This document shows, in pieces, positions 17,961-29,276 of a DNA stretch of 64,000 nucleotides. Position 1 is the stretch's first letter. Every line of letters begins with the position of its first letter. The translations under genes were made by a program, and so were the position numbers. A model generated the notes under the pieces. The model had not been told where the DNA came from, did no database searches, and was given only the letters and a program-made list of their open reading frames with translations. This DNA is from Eubacteriales bacterium (GTDB taxonomy: Bacteria > Bacillota > Clostridia > Oscillospirales > CAG-272): NCBI GenBank assembly GCA_045122255.1, contig JBGVHJ010000014.1, positions 36,719-100,718 on the forward strand, written 5' to 3'.

Positions 17961-18090
17961 GATTTGAATGCTTAAAGTCCTCAAAAACAGGGGAAAAGTA
18001 AGGTATCTTAACCGATATACATAATTATACAAAATCAAAATTTTGTATAATTCGGGCAACTGAAAAGTGCCTGTTTTGGCGTTATTATAG

Positions 18091-18375
18091 CTAACACTCG
18101 TGAATTTGCTTGTTTTTGAGGGTTTCCTCACGATATTTCTTCTTTGTGGCTTCGCCGCCTCTTAGGTGACGTTCCTCTTTGTTTTTTTCTAAAACACTTT
18201 TTACATCAAGATACAATGATTTATTCGTATTTTTTAAGGTCTGTGTAACGTCCTTATGTACCGTACTTTTACTTATCCCGAATCTTTGTGCGGTAGCTCT
18301 TACGGTTGCATTATTTTCAACAATATATAATCCAAGCACTACGCACCTATCCTTGCCGGATGATAAATACATCAT
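18091..18375 (-). CDS. spoIIID: Sporulation transcription regulator SpoIIID
   Basis: TVRATAxxFGISKSTVHKD...RHLRGGEATKKKY. Confidence 0.95.
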   Translation of the reverse strand: MMYLSSGKDRCVVLGLYIVENNATVRATAQRFGISKSTVHKDVTQTLKNTNKSLYLDVKSVLEKNKEERHLRGGEATKKKYREETLKNKQIHEC

Positions 18376-18459
18376 TATTTGTACCTCGTATGAATATTTG
18401 TATTATTGATTAATAATATGATGATTTTATATATTTAATACCTATTTTGGGAGTTCATT

Positions 18460-19230
18460 ATGATAGATACCACATTATACGATATATTTGAGGGTACGAC
18501 CTCGATATCTGCCGTTATCAAGTCAATTAGGTCGGGTTCAGCGAGCCGATCGATAGTCAAGGTCCTTTATGATGTTGACCGCGTTTCGAAAAAGACTCGC
18601 GAGCTTGGCTTTTTGCGCCATGCATCCGATGAGCTAGGGTTCGAAATGCTTGAAAGCAACAATGATGAGATTTCATCACTGACCTCAGGCAATACCCATG
18701 GCGGAATAATTGCAGTTTGTACTAAACGGTCCTTCCCCGATTTGAATGTTAATTATTTAACAAATGGCGATTTTTATGCTCTTATTGAAGGTATTGAGGA
18801 TCCATATAATTTTGGCTATTCAATTCGTTCTCTATACGCGGCAGGCGCTGACGGAATAGTCCTTCCTCAGCGTAACTGGATGGAGTTTGCCGGAACCGTC
18901 GCCCGTTCGTCTGCGGGTACTTCTGAGCTTTCTGAAATCGTTTTGTCTGAGGATACCTTTGAAGCCGTTAAGATGTTCAAGGAGCGCGGATTTAAGATCG
19001 TCTGTTCAAATATAAGAGATTCTGTATCTTTGTATGATTGTGATTTTTCTGAACCTGTATTACTTATCGTAGGTGGCGAAAAACGAGGAATATCCCGTAA
19101 AATTCTTGACCTTGCCGACGTTAACGTGCGGATCGAGTACGGCCGTGATTTTATGGGTTCTCTTCCCTCCGTGTCGGCAATTTCGGTAATGGCATTTGAA
19201 ATTGCAAGGAAAAAGGGCAAGCTGCGCTAA
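18460..19230 (+). CDS. TrmH/SpoU family RNA methyltransferase
   Basis: IEDPYNFG, GGEKRGIS and SLPSVSA motifs. Confidence 0.88.
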   Translation: MIDTTLYDIFEGTTSISAVIKSIRSGSASRSIVKVLYDVDRVSKKTRELGFLRHASDELGFEMLESNNDEISSLTSGNTHGGIIAVCTKRSFPDLNVNYLTNGDFYALIEGIEDPYNFGYSIRSLYAAGADGIVLPQRNWMEFAGTVARSSAGTSELSEIVLSEDTFEAVKMFKERGFKIVCSNIRDSVSLYDCDFSEPVLLIVGGEKRGISRKILDLADVNVRIEYGRDFMGSLPSVSAISVMAFEIARKKGKLR

Positions 19231-19313
19231 ATTTTACAAAAAAGTTGCTTTCTGTATTTAAATTAAATATTTATTGATGATATAATTATTTGATTAATTG
19301 TTCAGAGGTTTTT

Positions 19314-20144
19314 ATGAGAAAGAAAGTCGCTTTTATAGGTGTAGGTAATATGGCTAAGGCAACCTTGTCCGGAATTACTGCCGGTAATAAGGATATGTCT
19401 GACATAATTCTTTATAACAGGCATAGCGAAAAAATTGAGAAGTACCGTGAATGCGGTGCTTATATAGCGCATTCTCTCAACGAAGCCGTTGAGATGGCTG
19501 ACGTTGTTATGCTTTGCGTAAAGCCTCAGAATTTTCAAGACGTTCTCCCGCTTTTGCCTCAGTGCGATAACGTTTCGAATAAACTATTTGTAACCATGGC
19601 TGCAGGAATTACAATGAAGACAGTTTCTGACGCTGCTCTAGGAGCTTCCGTTGTCAGGGTGATGCCAAACACGCCTATGCTTATAGGAAAAGGCGTTATT
19701 GCCGCTTGCCGTAATGAACGCACATCCGACGAGGACTTCGAATTTGTCTGCAATATGTTTGCTCTTTCCGGTAAGGTCTTAAAGATCGATGAAAGTGAGA
19801 TGAACCGCATCATTTGCGTAACGGGATCGTCTCCTGCGTATGTTTTTATGATGATCCGAGCAATGTACGAAGGTGCATGCGAGCAGGGTCTTTTACTCAA
19901 TGATGAGGGATACGGAATCTCTCATAAGGAGCTTTTAGAAAGCATTTGTGACACGATTATTGGAGCCGCGGAGCTTATGAAGTCAGGAGATAAGACTCCC
20001 GATGAGCAGATAGCTACCGTTGCCTCTAAGGGCGGTACCACCGAGAGAGCTATTGCTGAGCTTGAAAAATATAATTTTGATGAAGCAATAATCAGCGCCA
20101 TGGGTAAATGCACCGAGCGCGCAGATGAATTGGGAAAATATTAA
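19314..20144 (+). CDS. proC: Pyrroline-5-carboxylate reductase
   Basis: FIGVGNM, VKPQ, RVMPNTP, GSSPAY and VASKGGTT motifs. Confidence 0.95.
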   Translation: MRKKVAFIGVGNMAKATLSGITAGNKDMSDIILYNRHSEKIEKYRECGAYIAHSLNEAVEMADVVMLCVKPQNFQDVLPLLPQCDNVSNKLFVTMAAGITMKTVSDAALGASVVRVMPNTPMLIGKGVIAACRNERTSDEDFEFVCNMFALSGKVLKIDESEMNRIICVTGSSPAYVFMMIRAMYEGACEQGLLLNDEGYGISHKELLESICDTIIGAAELMKSGDKTPDEQIATVASKGGTTERAIAELEKYNFDEAIISAMGKCTERADELGKY

Positions 20145-20174
20145 TTATACAAATAACGCAAAAGGATAATTAAA

Positions 20175-21194
20175 ATGGCTGAAAAGACTAAAAAGAAATT
20201 CAAATTGTTTGATTTCAATAAGGACGGAAAGGGTGTTGATCCCGGTGAGGACAGAACTCCGAATCTGAAGTTCTTCTTTAAGCAATTTGGAAGAAAATTC
20301 ACTAAAATAATATCTTTGAATATCTTGATGATATTCCAGGTGCTTCCGCTTTTGCTCGTTGCATACCTCTACATATTCGCGATGCCCAAAACACCTTCCA
20401 TGTTTTATCCGGAATATGCCGCTATGTTTGGCACTCAGGAGGCAGCCTCCTCCCTGGTCGGTATGCTTGACCTTGAGATACTTTCGTATCAGTTCCCTCT
20501 CCCGGCATACGATAATCTGGTCTATTGGATAATAATTGCCGTAATAATGGTCGTATACGTTCTGACCTACGGCTTACAGAAGGTTGGCTCTATCTACGTA
20601 ACACGCGGACTTGTCAGAGGCGATAGCGTATTTATATTCTCTGATTTCTTTTATGCTATCAGGAAGAACTGGAAGCAGGGATTGATTCTCGGTATTCTCG
20701 ATTGCCTATTCTGGGGAGTTCTCGGATACAATCTCATTTTCTTCTTCTCCGCAGAAGCTAATATGTTGACGAATTTTGTATACGTTATGACTATCGCGCT
20801 GATAATTCTGTATACTATATTCCGATTCTATACCTACCTTATGATAGTTACCTTCAACATCAAGCTCAGTAAGGTTTTCAAAAACGCGCTTATATTTACG
20901 GTTCTCGGAATCAAGAGAAACATCATGGCGCTTATAGGTCTTGTAGCTGTAACGGCTATTGCGGTACTTCCTATGATATTGCTGGCGCACGTGGCACTTG
21001 GAATAGCTATTGTGTTGCCCCTTATATATTATCTTGGAGCGAGTGCATTCATATATACCTACGCCGCATACCCGGTAATTAAAAAATATATGATAGATCC
21101 CGTAGAGCCCGTTAAGGATCCGTTTTCCAATGATGCGTCGAATGGAGACGTTGAGGATGCTCACGAATCTGTTAACGGTGAAATTTCCGAATAA
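20175..21194 (+). CDS. YesL/DUF624-like integral membrane protein
   Basis: FSDFFYAIRKNWKQGL and KNALIF motifs; multiple TM segments. Confidence 0.75.
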   Translation: MAEKTKKKFKLFDFNKDGKGVDPGEDRTPNLKFFFKQFGRKFTKIISLNILMIFQVLPLLLVAYLYIFAMPKTPSMFYPEYAAMFGTQEAASSLVGMLDLEILSYQFPLPAYDNLVYWIIIAVIMVVYVLTYGLQKVGSIYVTRGLVRGDSVFIFSDFFYAIRKNWKQGLILGILDCLFWGVLGYNLIFFFSAEANMLTNFVYVMTIALIILYTIFRFYTYLMIVTFNIKLSKVFKNALIFTVLGIKRNIMALIGLVAVTAIAVLPMILLAHVALGIAIVLPLIYYLGASAFIYTYAAYPVIKKYMIDPVEPVKDPFSNDASNGDVEDAHESVNGEISE

Positions 21195-21197
21195 ATA

Positions 21198-21231
21198 AAA
21201 AAGATCCGAAATTCAAGGTTTCGGATCTTTT
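21198..21231. terminator. Bidirectional terminator
   Basis: AAAAGATCCGAAA/TTTCGGATCTTTT. Confidence 0.8.
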
Positions 21232-21959
21232 CCATTTATTCCTATAAGCTCGCTTACTACAACAAAGCTGTATCCTTTTTCAAGAAGTACGGGTATAAAT
21301 AGCTCCAAGGCTTCAAGAGTGGGACTGTTGTAAGAAATATAATCGTGCATAAGGATTATATCACCGGAGGATATATTGCTTATAACGTTTTCGGCTATTT
21401 TCTCGGGCGGCGTGTGCGCCCAATCCTTTGTGTCGATATCCCAGAGTATGACTTTATAATCCAACTTTCCGAGAACCTTTTTAACGTCGGAGTCTATCAT
21501 TCCTTCGGGCGGTCTGAACAGCTTTGTTTTACGGTCGGTTAATCCGTATATCGTTGATTCACATCTTTCCACCTCGTCCTTCAGATTTTCAGGATCAAGG
21601 CTGGATACTTGAGGGTGAGTGAAAGTGTGATTCCCTATTTCATGCCCGCGCCGTGATACCATATCAAGAGTATCCGAATAATACGTCGCATTTATGCCAA
21701 CTGTGAAAAAGGTAGCCTTTATGCCGTATTTGTCAAGCAGATCCAGAATTTTCGGCGTTTGTACCGGATGAGGACCGTCATCAAAGGTCAATGCGATCTT
21801 CATTGAAGCGTTCTCGTTCTTTCTAAAAATGTCAGCGTCCTTTACAAGGTCATCCTCTGCACCTACCGATATGATGTGGCATAAAATATTTATTAAAGTG
21901 ATCAAAGTCAGGAAATACGCAGAAGCTTTTTTGACTTTAAAAATTTTCAAGGGCTTCAT
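21213..21959 (-). CDS. Polysaccharide deacetylase (CE4, PdaB-like)
   Basis: LTFDDGP, NHTFTH, FRPP, DTKDW and LMHD motifs. Confidence 0.9.
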   Translation of the reverse strand: MKPLKIFKVKKASAYFLTLITLINILCHIISVGAEDDLVKDADIFRKNENASMKIALTFDDGPHPVQTPKILDLLDKYGIKATFFTVGINATYYSDTLDMVSRRGHEIGNHTFTHPQVSSLDPENLKDEVERCESTIYGLTDRKTKLFRPPEGMIDSDVKKVLGKLDYKVILWDIDTKDWAHTPPEKIAENVISNISSGDIILMHDYISYNSPTLEALELFIPVLLEKGYSFVVVSELIGINGKDPKP

Positions 21960-22738
21960 TTTTCGCAAAGCTCGTCCAGGGTTCCGAAGCGGTATCCTTC
22001 CGAAAGTAAGGAATCTATCACGTCATTCAAGATATTTGCATTTGTTTCTGAGGTGGGGTGTAAAAGCATGATCTCGCCGTTGTGAACGTTATCCAAGATC
22101 TTTTTCAGTGCCTTTTCCTTGGAAGGTTGGCTATTGTTGTCCCAATCTGCATAAGCGAAGCTCCAAAAAATAGTTTTATATCCCAAATTTTTAACCGAAT
22201 TCAACGTTTGCTCGCTAAATCTGCCTTCCGGTGGGCGATAATATTTTGACATTTCTTTTCCAGTTAGGTTTAAGCAGGTCTCCTCAAGCTTTGCAAGCTC
22301 GTTTTTGATTTCCTCTTCGCTTTTGTTTAGCATAGGATCGTGGCTGTAAGTGTGATTGCATACTAAATGTCCCTCGTTGAACATTCGAACGACAAGCTCA
22401 GGATTGCTTTTGATCAGATTGCCAAGCACGAAAAAAGCCGCCGGAACCTTTTGCTCCTTCAATACGTCAAGTATCTTCGATACGTTTCCGTTTTCATATC
22501 CCGCATCAAAGGTCAGATAGATCACCTTTTCGTCAGATTGGTCACCGCAAAATTTATCAACGTAATATCCGTCGTATCTTTCGATAAATGAAAGCTCCGG
22601 AGCGCATTTCGGCTGAAGATGATCCTGTCTGCGAATGCAATACCAGCTATAGGATTCGCTACCGCTTTGCGCAAATACGGTAAGCGCTGAAAGCATCATT
22701 AAAATAATTGAAATAATTATTAATATCCTTTTTTTCAT
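21956..22738 (-). CDS. pdaA: Delta-lactam-biosynthetic de-N-acetylase (PdaA-like)
   Basis: YLTFDAGYENG, YYRPPEG, FWSFAYADW and LLH motifs; signal peptide. Confidence 0.85.
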   Translation of the reverse strand: MKKRILIIISIILMMLSALTVFAQSGSESYSWYCIRRQDHLQPKCAPELSFIERYDGYYVDKFCGDQSDEKVIYLTFDAGYENGNVSKILDVLKEQKVPAAFFVLGNLIKSNPELVVRMFNEGHLVCNHTYSHDPMLNKSEEEIKNELAKLEETCLNLTGKEMSKYYRPPEGRFSEQTLNSVKNLGYKTIFWSFAYADWDNNSQPSKEKALKKILDNVHNGEIMLLHPTSETNANILNDVIDSLLSEGYRFGTLDELCEK

Positions 22739-22861
22739 TTTTACTGCTCCTTTCGTAATTATTTTTCGCATTTTTTTGTATTATTTACTTGAAATATATT
22801 GACTTTATTTGAATAATGAGTTAAAATGTATATGTATATTTTTATCAAGGAGGAAGCGCAT

Positions 22862-23146
22862 ATGCCGGTTACAAAAATCATAGTCGGTTTTTTTGTAGGA
22901 TTGCTGTGCGGTCTTGTTCCCTTGATATACGGTCTACTTAGCAAGAACCGTGCCCTTGCGGTTGGAGGAGTTGCCGCGGCTGCTTTGGCAGGAGCTTTAT
23001 TTAACTTTCTTGATAAGTCTCCGTTTTCTGCAATGGTTGTGGCAATATTGTTTGTTATTATCATTATTGCAAACAATAAGCGTCGTAGCAAGCTTATGCA
23101 GGAAGACGAAGACGATGATGATATTGATGATATCCACATTAATTGA
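22862..23146 (+). CDS. Small membrane protein with an acidic tail
   Basis: AAGGAGG RBS; three hydrophobic segments; terminator at 23150-23190. Confidence 0.75.
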   Translation: MPVTKIIVGFFVGLLCGLVPLIYGLLSKNRALAVGGVAAAALAGALFNFLDKSPFSAMVVAILFVIIIIANNKRRSKLMQEDEDDDDIDDIHIN

Positions 23147-23295
23147 AAGAACATATCCGAGTAGTTTTTTGAGCTTCGGATATGTTTTTTTGTGAAAAGA
23201 AAAATAAATTGCTGAAAAACTATATACAAATTTGACATTATATGTTATAATATATTATTAATATAAATATAATAATAAAATATGGAAGTTAAATT

Positions 23296-24195
23296 ATGGA
23301 AAATAATAAGAAAAACTCTAAGAACAGAAATAACGGCAAGCAGGGCGGACATCATCAGTTCAATGATAAAGCACGCAAAGGAAATTCATCTGATTTTCGT
23401 GATGAACGTTATAGCAAATATTCTGTGAATAATAACCGCGAAACCGTTGAGGTCGAGGAAGGAACAGGTCTTATTATCGGAAGAAATGCGGTAAGAGAGC
23501 TTTTGAAGTCTGACAGAGAGATAGATAAGCTTTTGGTTCAGCGCGGTGAGCGAGAGGGTTCAATAGTTGTTCTCGTTGCTATGGCGGTTGAAAAAGGCAT
23601 CCCGGTAGTTGAAACAGACAAGGCTAAGCTTGACGCTATGTCAGGATTCGCGCCTCATCAGGGCGTGGTTGCCATGGCATCCGAAAAGGAATATTGCACT
23701 GTTGAGGATATTCTTGCAATTGCAGAAGAAAGAGACGAGGCGCCCTTTATAGTGATTGCAGACGGAATTACCGACCCATATAACCTTGGCGCTCTTATAA
23801 GATGTGCCGAGGGAGCGGGAGCTCACGGAATTATTATTCCCAAGAGACGCTCTACCGGACTTACGCCTCTTGTATCTAAGTCGTCTGCCGGCGCTATTGA
23901 GCATATGGCGATTGCAAAGGTGGCGAATATCTCAAACACAATTCTCTCTCTTAAAGAAAAAGGCGTTTGGGTATTTGCGGCTGAAGCAGGTGGAACTCCC
24001 TACTATGAAACCAATTTTAAGGGTCCCTGCGCGATCGTTCTCGGTAGCGAAGGAAACGGTGTTTCTCAGATAGTTGTTGAGAACAGCGATGCACTTACGT
24101 CTATTCCTATGTATGGTAAAGTAAACTCCTTTAACGTATCTACCGCCGCCTCCGTAATTCTCTGCGAGGTTGCAAGACAGAACCGTACTAAATAA
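23296..24195 (+). CDS. rlmB: 23S rRNA G2251 2'-O-methyltransferase
   Basis: GRNAVRE, HQGVVA, DPYNLGA, GSEGNG and SFNVS motifs. Confidence 0.9.
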   Translation: MENNKKNSKNRNNGKQGGHHQFNDKARKGNSSDFRDERYSKYSVNNNRETVEVEEGTGLIIGRNAVRELLKSDREIDKLLVQRGEREGSIVVLVAMAVEKGIPVVETDKAKLDAMSGFAPHQGVVAMASEKEYCTVEDILAIAEERDEAPFIVIADGITDPYNLGALIRCAEGAGAHGIIIPKRRSTGLTPLVSKSSAGAIEHMAIAKVANISNTILSLKEKGVWVFAAEAGGTPYYETNFKGPCAIVLGSEGNGVSQIVVENSDALTSIPMYGKVNSFNVSTAASVILCEVARQNRTK

Positions 24196-24232
24196 TAGTT
24201 ATTTAAATTAAACCTTGAAAGGAGGAAGTCGA

Positions 24233-27200
24233 ATGGCAAGACAGAGAAAAGGAAAAAACGAGCTTGACGCTATACTTGAACAATTGAAAAGATCTTACGG
24301 TTCGGAATCCTCCGACGTGATCGAGGATGAGCTTCTTGAATCTCCGGTTCGTGAGGAGGATGCAGAGCTTAATGAGATCCTCGGAAAGATATTTTCATCA
24401 AGCGTTACGCAGGATAATAGCCTGAGCAAGGAAGACGTGACCGCAGAGGTGTCTAATTCAATCATTGATCAGGATATTTACCGTGAAATTGTGCACGAAT
24501 CTGAAGACGCTGTTTCAGATGAAAAGCAAAATGAAGAACCTATAGTGGCAGAACCTGATCATCAAAATGACGAGAGCTTGCCATATAATGATGAGGCTTC
24601 AGATGACGTTCCGGAAAACGCGGAGATTTGTGAGGATGTTTCAGAAGAGATAGGCGAAGCTCAGGATAGCCTTTCAGAGCCTACCGAAAATGAACAGGCA
24701 GTCGAGGACGTTCTGAGTATAATGTTTGCCAATAAGGCACATGCTCCCAATACTGGCACCGACGTGATCCTTGATATGGCAAAGGTAGATGAGGCATCGT
24801 CTGACGGGCAATCCGAAATTTTGAATCAGACAGAGGAAGCCGAAGTGCTTTCGGTAGAAGACAGTATTGTGGATAATACCGAGTTGTTTGACCTTACTCT
24901 TGATGATTCCGAAGCTTTGGAAGACGTTGAAAATGATGCCATAGATCAATTCGAAGAGGAAGAACTACCGGATTATACGGATGATGCGGATTCTGAACTT
25001 GATTGGGACGAAGATGATGAGACGTTTGCGGTTGAGGATGAAGAATATGACACAGAGGCATCAGAGGTCGAGGAAGACTTTGAAGAGATGCTCGAATCGG
25101 GTCCCGGCGAGGAGCTTGAGCTTGATTCCGATCTTGATGCCGAGTCCGAGCCTGAATCCGAGACCGAGCTTTGGGACGATCTTGAGCCCAATCCCGAGCC
25201 CGAGCCCGAACCGGAACCTGAATTTGAAATTGAACCTGAATTTGAAATTGAGCCTGAACTTGAAATTGAGTCGGAGCCTGAAATTGAGCCGGAGCCTGAA
25301 ATTGAGCCGGAGCCTATTTCCTCTCCTCGTCTGGTATTAAATCCCGAAGAATATACTTCCGACCCGTTGCAGGAGGTATTGCCGAAATTTGGCGTGGCGG
25401 ATGCTCATACTGTTACGAAAGTAAGCAAAGCAGATCCCGAATCGAACCGTTCCGCGCAGAGTGATAAAAAAGTTGAAGTGTTTGATAAAAATGACATTTC
25501 AATGCTTCTTAAATTCGGATACGGAAATGAGATAAAATCCAAGGTCGGCGAGCAGAAGACCCAAGAGGTGCTTCTTGAAAAAGACAGCAAGTTTACTGCA
25601 GATATGTACGAAAAGCCCTTTGGATACTGCGGAAAAGAATTGACCGACAGATCGCAATTTGTCGAAATTGATGCAAAATACCGCTCCAACAGAAAGGTGT
25701 CGATTATTTTGCTTGCGGTCATTTCCGTATTGTCTTTTATGATTTTTGCTGTTGATCTTGCATTTGAGCTATCTCCGGGCAGCTTGATAAACTATCCTAT
25801 TATGTTGACCGTGGAGTTCACTCTTGTTCTGACTATCGCGGTGACACTGTATAAAAAACTTCTATCCGGAGTCGCGGGAATACTGAAATTTGAAATGAAA
25901 TCGTCTTCTGTTTTCTCGTTTGTGACATTGTTATACGGTGTTTTGTCATTGTCATCGCTGATAATATATTTTATCACCTTCAATACTATCGATCCCAATG
26001 ATCTTATGCTGTTCGGCTTTTGCGTATCATTGTATGCAGAGCTGGCGGTTTTGTCGGATCTGCTTAATTGCCTGAAGGAATATAGTGCCTTCAAAATTAT
26101 TGAAAGCTCCGACGAACTGTATACCGCGGAAAGACAAAGCGCATTCTCCCCCTTGAGCGGCAAAAAAATAAAGGTGAACAGGGATAGAGTCTATAAAATA
26201 CGTCGCGTTTCACTTGTGAGCGGATACTTCAGAAAAATCGCTCACCGTGATCAAAACGCAGTCAACTTCATTTATATTATTGGCTTTGTGCCGATAATGT
26301 CTTTGATTATCGGCGGAATATGTATGTTCTTTGGCAAATCGCCGATAGCTACTGTTTCCGTTGCCATGATGACTGCTCTGCTCTGCATTCCTTTCGGATA
26401 TATTTGCATGCCGGCGATCGTTGAGTATATTACATCAAGATGGCTGTCTGGAAAGAAGGTCGCATTTATAGGCAACGGCGCAGTTGAGGAAATGGCGGCG
26501 GCTGAGTTGATCATATTCAAGGATAATGACACAGTAGAGATAACCGCGTGCACCGAAATACAGCCCAGCAACCGTACGGATATCGCCGATTCTCTTAATA
26601 TTGCATATGAGATCTTCAAGATGCTTGGCGGTCCGCTTTCGGTTATCGGTCATAAGGCTGATAAGTGTGATGGAAAACCAAACCACGATATAGCTATCAA
26701 TCAGATAACCGATCACGGAATAGATATTTATTTTGATTCGTCTATAAGTATTTTGATCGGCGATAAGCAATATATGCAATCACACAATATAAAGGTCAAG
26801 ACCGACGGCAATCTCAGCACGGCGGTGCGCGGTGTGGATCGAGCTGTGCTTTATATGGCATTTGACGGAATACCGAAGCTTGGCTTTATCGTTAACAGTC
26901 GCATAAAGTCCAAATTTATAAGGACCGCCAATATGCTTTCTGCAGATGGAATACGCTTGATGGTCGAGACCTATGAGCCGCAGATCAACACGCTTTATTA
27001 TGAGCAAAATAAAGGCGATTGCAATGCCAATATAAGTGTCGTAAAGCCTGACAATTATGAGAATACAGAAAGCGTGCCTATGTGTGACGGTTGTATAATT
27101 TCAGGATCCGACAGCCTTAATCTTGCTCAAGCAATATCCATAAGCAAGGAGATCCGCAAGCAGAAAAGCATTAACCGAGTTATAAATATGATACTTACGG

Positions 27201-27376
27201 TTTGCGGTGTGGGCGGTGCTTGCTTCTTGACCGCGCTTATGATTGCGAATTTGGATCATATTATGATCTTTAAGCTTTTAAATGAAAATCTGACACTTTT
27301 ATTTGGTGTGATAATGACCTCGGGGCTTATTCCCGGAATCGTTGAGATCATCAGAATCAGTAAACGGAAGAAATAA
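24233..27376 (+). CDS. Large membrane protein: acidic disordered N-terminus plus a catalytically degenerate P1B-ATPase-like region
   Basis: GGAGG RBS; TM helices; IIFKDNDT in place of FDKTGT; N-domain-like ILIGDKQYM and LYMAFDG. Confidence 0.7.
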   Translation: MARQRKGKNELDAILEQLKRSYGSESSDVIEDELLESPVREEDAELNEILGKIFSSSVTQDNSLSKEDVTAEVSNSIIDQDIYREIVHESEDAVSDEKQNEEPIVAEPDHQNDESLPYNDEASDDVPENAEICEDVSEEIGEAQDSLSEPTENEQAVEDVLSIMFANKAHAPNTGTDVILDMAKVDEASSDGQSEILNQTEEAEVLSVEDSIVDNTELFDLTLDDSEALEDVENDAIDQFEEEELPDYTDDADSELDWDEDDETFAVEDEEYDTEASEVEEDFEEMLESGPGEELELDSDLDAESEPESETELWDDLEPNPEPEPEPEPEFEIEPEFEIEPELEIESEPEIEPEPEIEPEPISSPRLVLNPEEYTSDPLQEVLPKFGVADAHTVTKVSKADPESNRSAQSDKKVEVFDKNDISMLLKFGYGNEIKSKVGEQKTQEVLLEKDSKFTADMYEKPFGYCGKELTDRSQFVEIDAKYRSNRKVSIILLAVISVLSFMIFAVDLAFELSPGSLINYPIMLTVEFTLVLTIAVTLYKKLLSGVAGILKFEMKSSSVFSFVTLLYGVLSLSSLIIYFITFNTIDPNDLMLFGFCVSLYAELAVLSDLLNCLKEYSAFKIIESSDELYTAERQSAFSPLSGKKIKVNRDRVYKIRRVSLVSGYFRKIAHRDQNAVNFIYIIGFVPIMSLIIGGICMFFGKSPIATVSVAMMTALLCIPFGYICMPAIVEYITSRWLSGKKVAFIGNGAVEEMAAAELIIFKDNDTVEITACTEIQPSNRTDIADSLNIAYEIFKMLGGPLSVIGHKADKCDGKPNHDIAINQITDHGIDIYFDSSISILIGDKQYMQSHNIKVKTDGNLSTAVRGVDRAVLYMAFDGIPKLGFIVNSRIKSKFIRTANMLSADGIRLMVETYEPQINTLYYEQNKGDCNANISVVKPDNYENTESVPMCDGCIISGSDSLNLAQAISISKEIRKQKSINRVINMILTVCGVGGACFLTALMIANLDHIMIFKLLNENLTLLFGVIMTSGLIPGIVEIIRISKRKK
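25141..25315 (+). repeat. Coding Glu-Pro repeat (EP)n/(EPEFEI)/(EPEIEP)
   Basis: 6- and 18-nt tandem units such as GAGCCTGAAATTGAGCCG. Confidence 0.8.
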
Positions 27377-27419
27377 TTCAAGGATTATTTTGATTCGTAA
27401 AAATTGGAGATAAACTAAA

Positions 27420-29276
27420 ATGAATGAAAAATTAAATTCTGTTTTAAAGCAGGTATCAAAGCCCGGCCGTTATTCAGGCGGCGAATACGGGCAGATCATT
27501 AAGGATAAGGAAAAGGTGAAGGCAAGATTTGCCTTCGCCTTCCCGGATACTTATGAGATCGGTATGTCTAACCTTGGCGTCAGAATTCTCTACGATTGCC
27601 TTAACCGTGAGGAGGATATATGGTGCGAGCGTGTATACGATCCGTGGGTCGATATGCAGGAAAAAATGGCGGAGCACAATATTCCGCTTTGGGCACATGA
27701 AAGTAAGGATCCCGTTAAGGATTTTGATTTCCTTGGATTTACCCTTCAGTATGAGATGTCCTATACCAACGTTCTTAATATGCTGGAGCTTTCGGGTATT
27801 CCGCTCCGTGCTGAGGAGAGAGGCGAGGATTTCCCTATCGTTATCGGCGGAGGTCCCTGTGCTTATAACCCCGAGCCGGTTGCTGATTTCTTCGATCTGT
27901 TCAATATTGGCGAGGGCGAAAGCTTGCTTGTTGAAATAGTTCGTCTTTACATAAAGATGAAGGATGAGGGCAGATATACAAAGAAGGATTTCCTTCATGA
28001 GGCCGCAAGAACAATACCCGGCGTTTACGTTCCTTCCCTTTATGACGTTACGTATAACGATGACGGAACCATAAAGGCGTATACGCCCGTGTACGACGAT
28101 ATTCCTACCAAGATCATAAAGCGAATCGTTGAGGATCTTGACAAAGCGCCTTTCCCCGATTACGCTATAATGCCTTATACAGAGGTGGTTCACGACAGAA
28201 TCATGCTCGAGGTGTTCAGAGGCTGTATTCGCGGATGCCGATTCTGCCAGGCAGGAATAATCTACCGTCCCGTAAGAGAAAAGACTCCCGGCGTGCTTAA
28301 TGAACAGGCCAAGTGTATTTTTGAAAATACCGGATATGAGGAGATATCCTTGGCATCGCTCTCTATCAGTGATTACACAGGATTGCCCGAGTTGACAGAT
28401 AAGCTTCTCGATTGGACTCAGGAGAATATGGTCAGCTTTTCCCTCCCGTCTCTTCGCGTAGACAGCTTTACGAAGGAGCTGATGGAAAAGGTGGCTTCGG
28501 TACGTTCTTCCTCGCTTACGTTTGCTCCCGAAGCCGGTACTCAGAGACTTCGTGACGTTATTAATAAAAACGTTCTTGAGGATGACCTTATGAGAGCGGT
28601 AAACGTAGCTTTTGATGCAGGTAAGACTCAGGTCAAGCTCTATTTTATGCAAGGACTTCCCACCGAGACCTATGAGGATCTTGAAGGAATCCCCACACTT
28701 GCAAAGAAGGTTATCGAAGCATTCTATGCAAATCCCAACCGTAACCGCGCAAAGTCTCCTCAGGTGACCTTCAGCGTGTCCCCCTTTATTCCTAAGCCCT
28801 TTACCCCCTTCCAGTGGGAGCCTCAGGATACCCTTGAGGTCATTAAGGAAAAGCAGGAGTTCGTCGGCAAATGTGTGACCGACAGAAAGATCAAATATCA
28901 GCACCACGAGGCTGAGATATGCTGTATTGAGGCTGTGCTGGCGCGCGGAGACAGAAGACTTGCTCCCGCTCTTGAGCTTGCTTGCCGCGAGGGCTTTAAA
29001 TTTGACGCGTGGAGCGAGTTCTTTGATTACAATAAGTGGATGAGCGTATTTGAAAAATGCGGCGTTGATCCCGCATTTTACGCCAACAGAAGGTATTCTT
29101 ATGATGAAGTATTGCCTTGGGATATCATTGATTGCGGTGTGACTAAGGAATTCCTTATCCGCGAGAGCAAAAAGGCACACGAGGGTGATACTACACCCAA
29201 TTGCCGTGAAAAATGCTCGGGATGCGGAGCTAACAGACTTGGAGGTGAGAGAACGTGTTGTCCGAAAAAGAAATAA
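27420..29276 (+). CDS. TIGR03960-family radical SAM protein
   Basis: FPDTYEIGMSNLG, RGCIRGCRFCQAG and PKPFTPFQW motifs. Confidence 0.93.
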   Translation: MNEKLNSVLKQVSKPGRYSGGEYGQIIKDKEKVKARFAFAFPDTYEIGMSNLGVRILYDCLNREEDIWCERVYDPWVDMQEKMAEHNIPLWAHESKDPVKDFDFLGFTLQYEMSYTNVLNMLELSGIPLRAEERGEDFPIVIGGGPCAYNPEPVADFFDLFNIGEGESLLVEIVRLYIKMKDEGRYTKKDFLHEAARTIPGVYVPSLYDVTYNDDGTIKAYTPVYDDIPTKIIKRIVEDLDKAPFPDYAIMPYTEVVHDRIMLEVFRGCIRGCRFCQAGIIYRPVREKTPGVLNEQAKCIFENTGYEEISLASLSISDYTGLPELTDKLLDWTQENMVSFSLPSLRVDSFTKELMEKVASVRSSSLTFAPEAGTQRLRDVINKNVLEDDLMRAVNVAFDAGKTQVKLYFMQGLPTETYEDLEGIPTLAKKVIEAFYANPNRNRAKSPQVTFSVSPFIPKPFTPFQWEPQDTLEVIKEKQEFVGKCVTDRKIKYQHHEAEICCIEAVLARGDRRLAPALELACREGFKFDAWSEFFDYNKWMSVFEKCGVDPAFYANRRYSYDEVLPWDIIDCGVTKEFLIRESKKAHEGDTTPNCREKCSGCGANRLGGERTCCPKKK

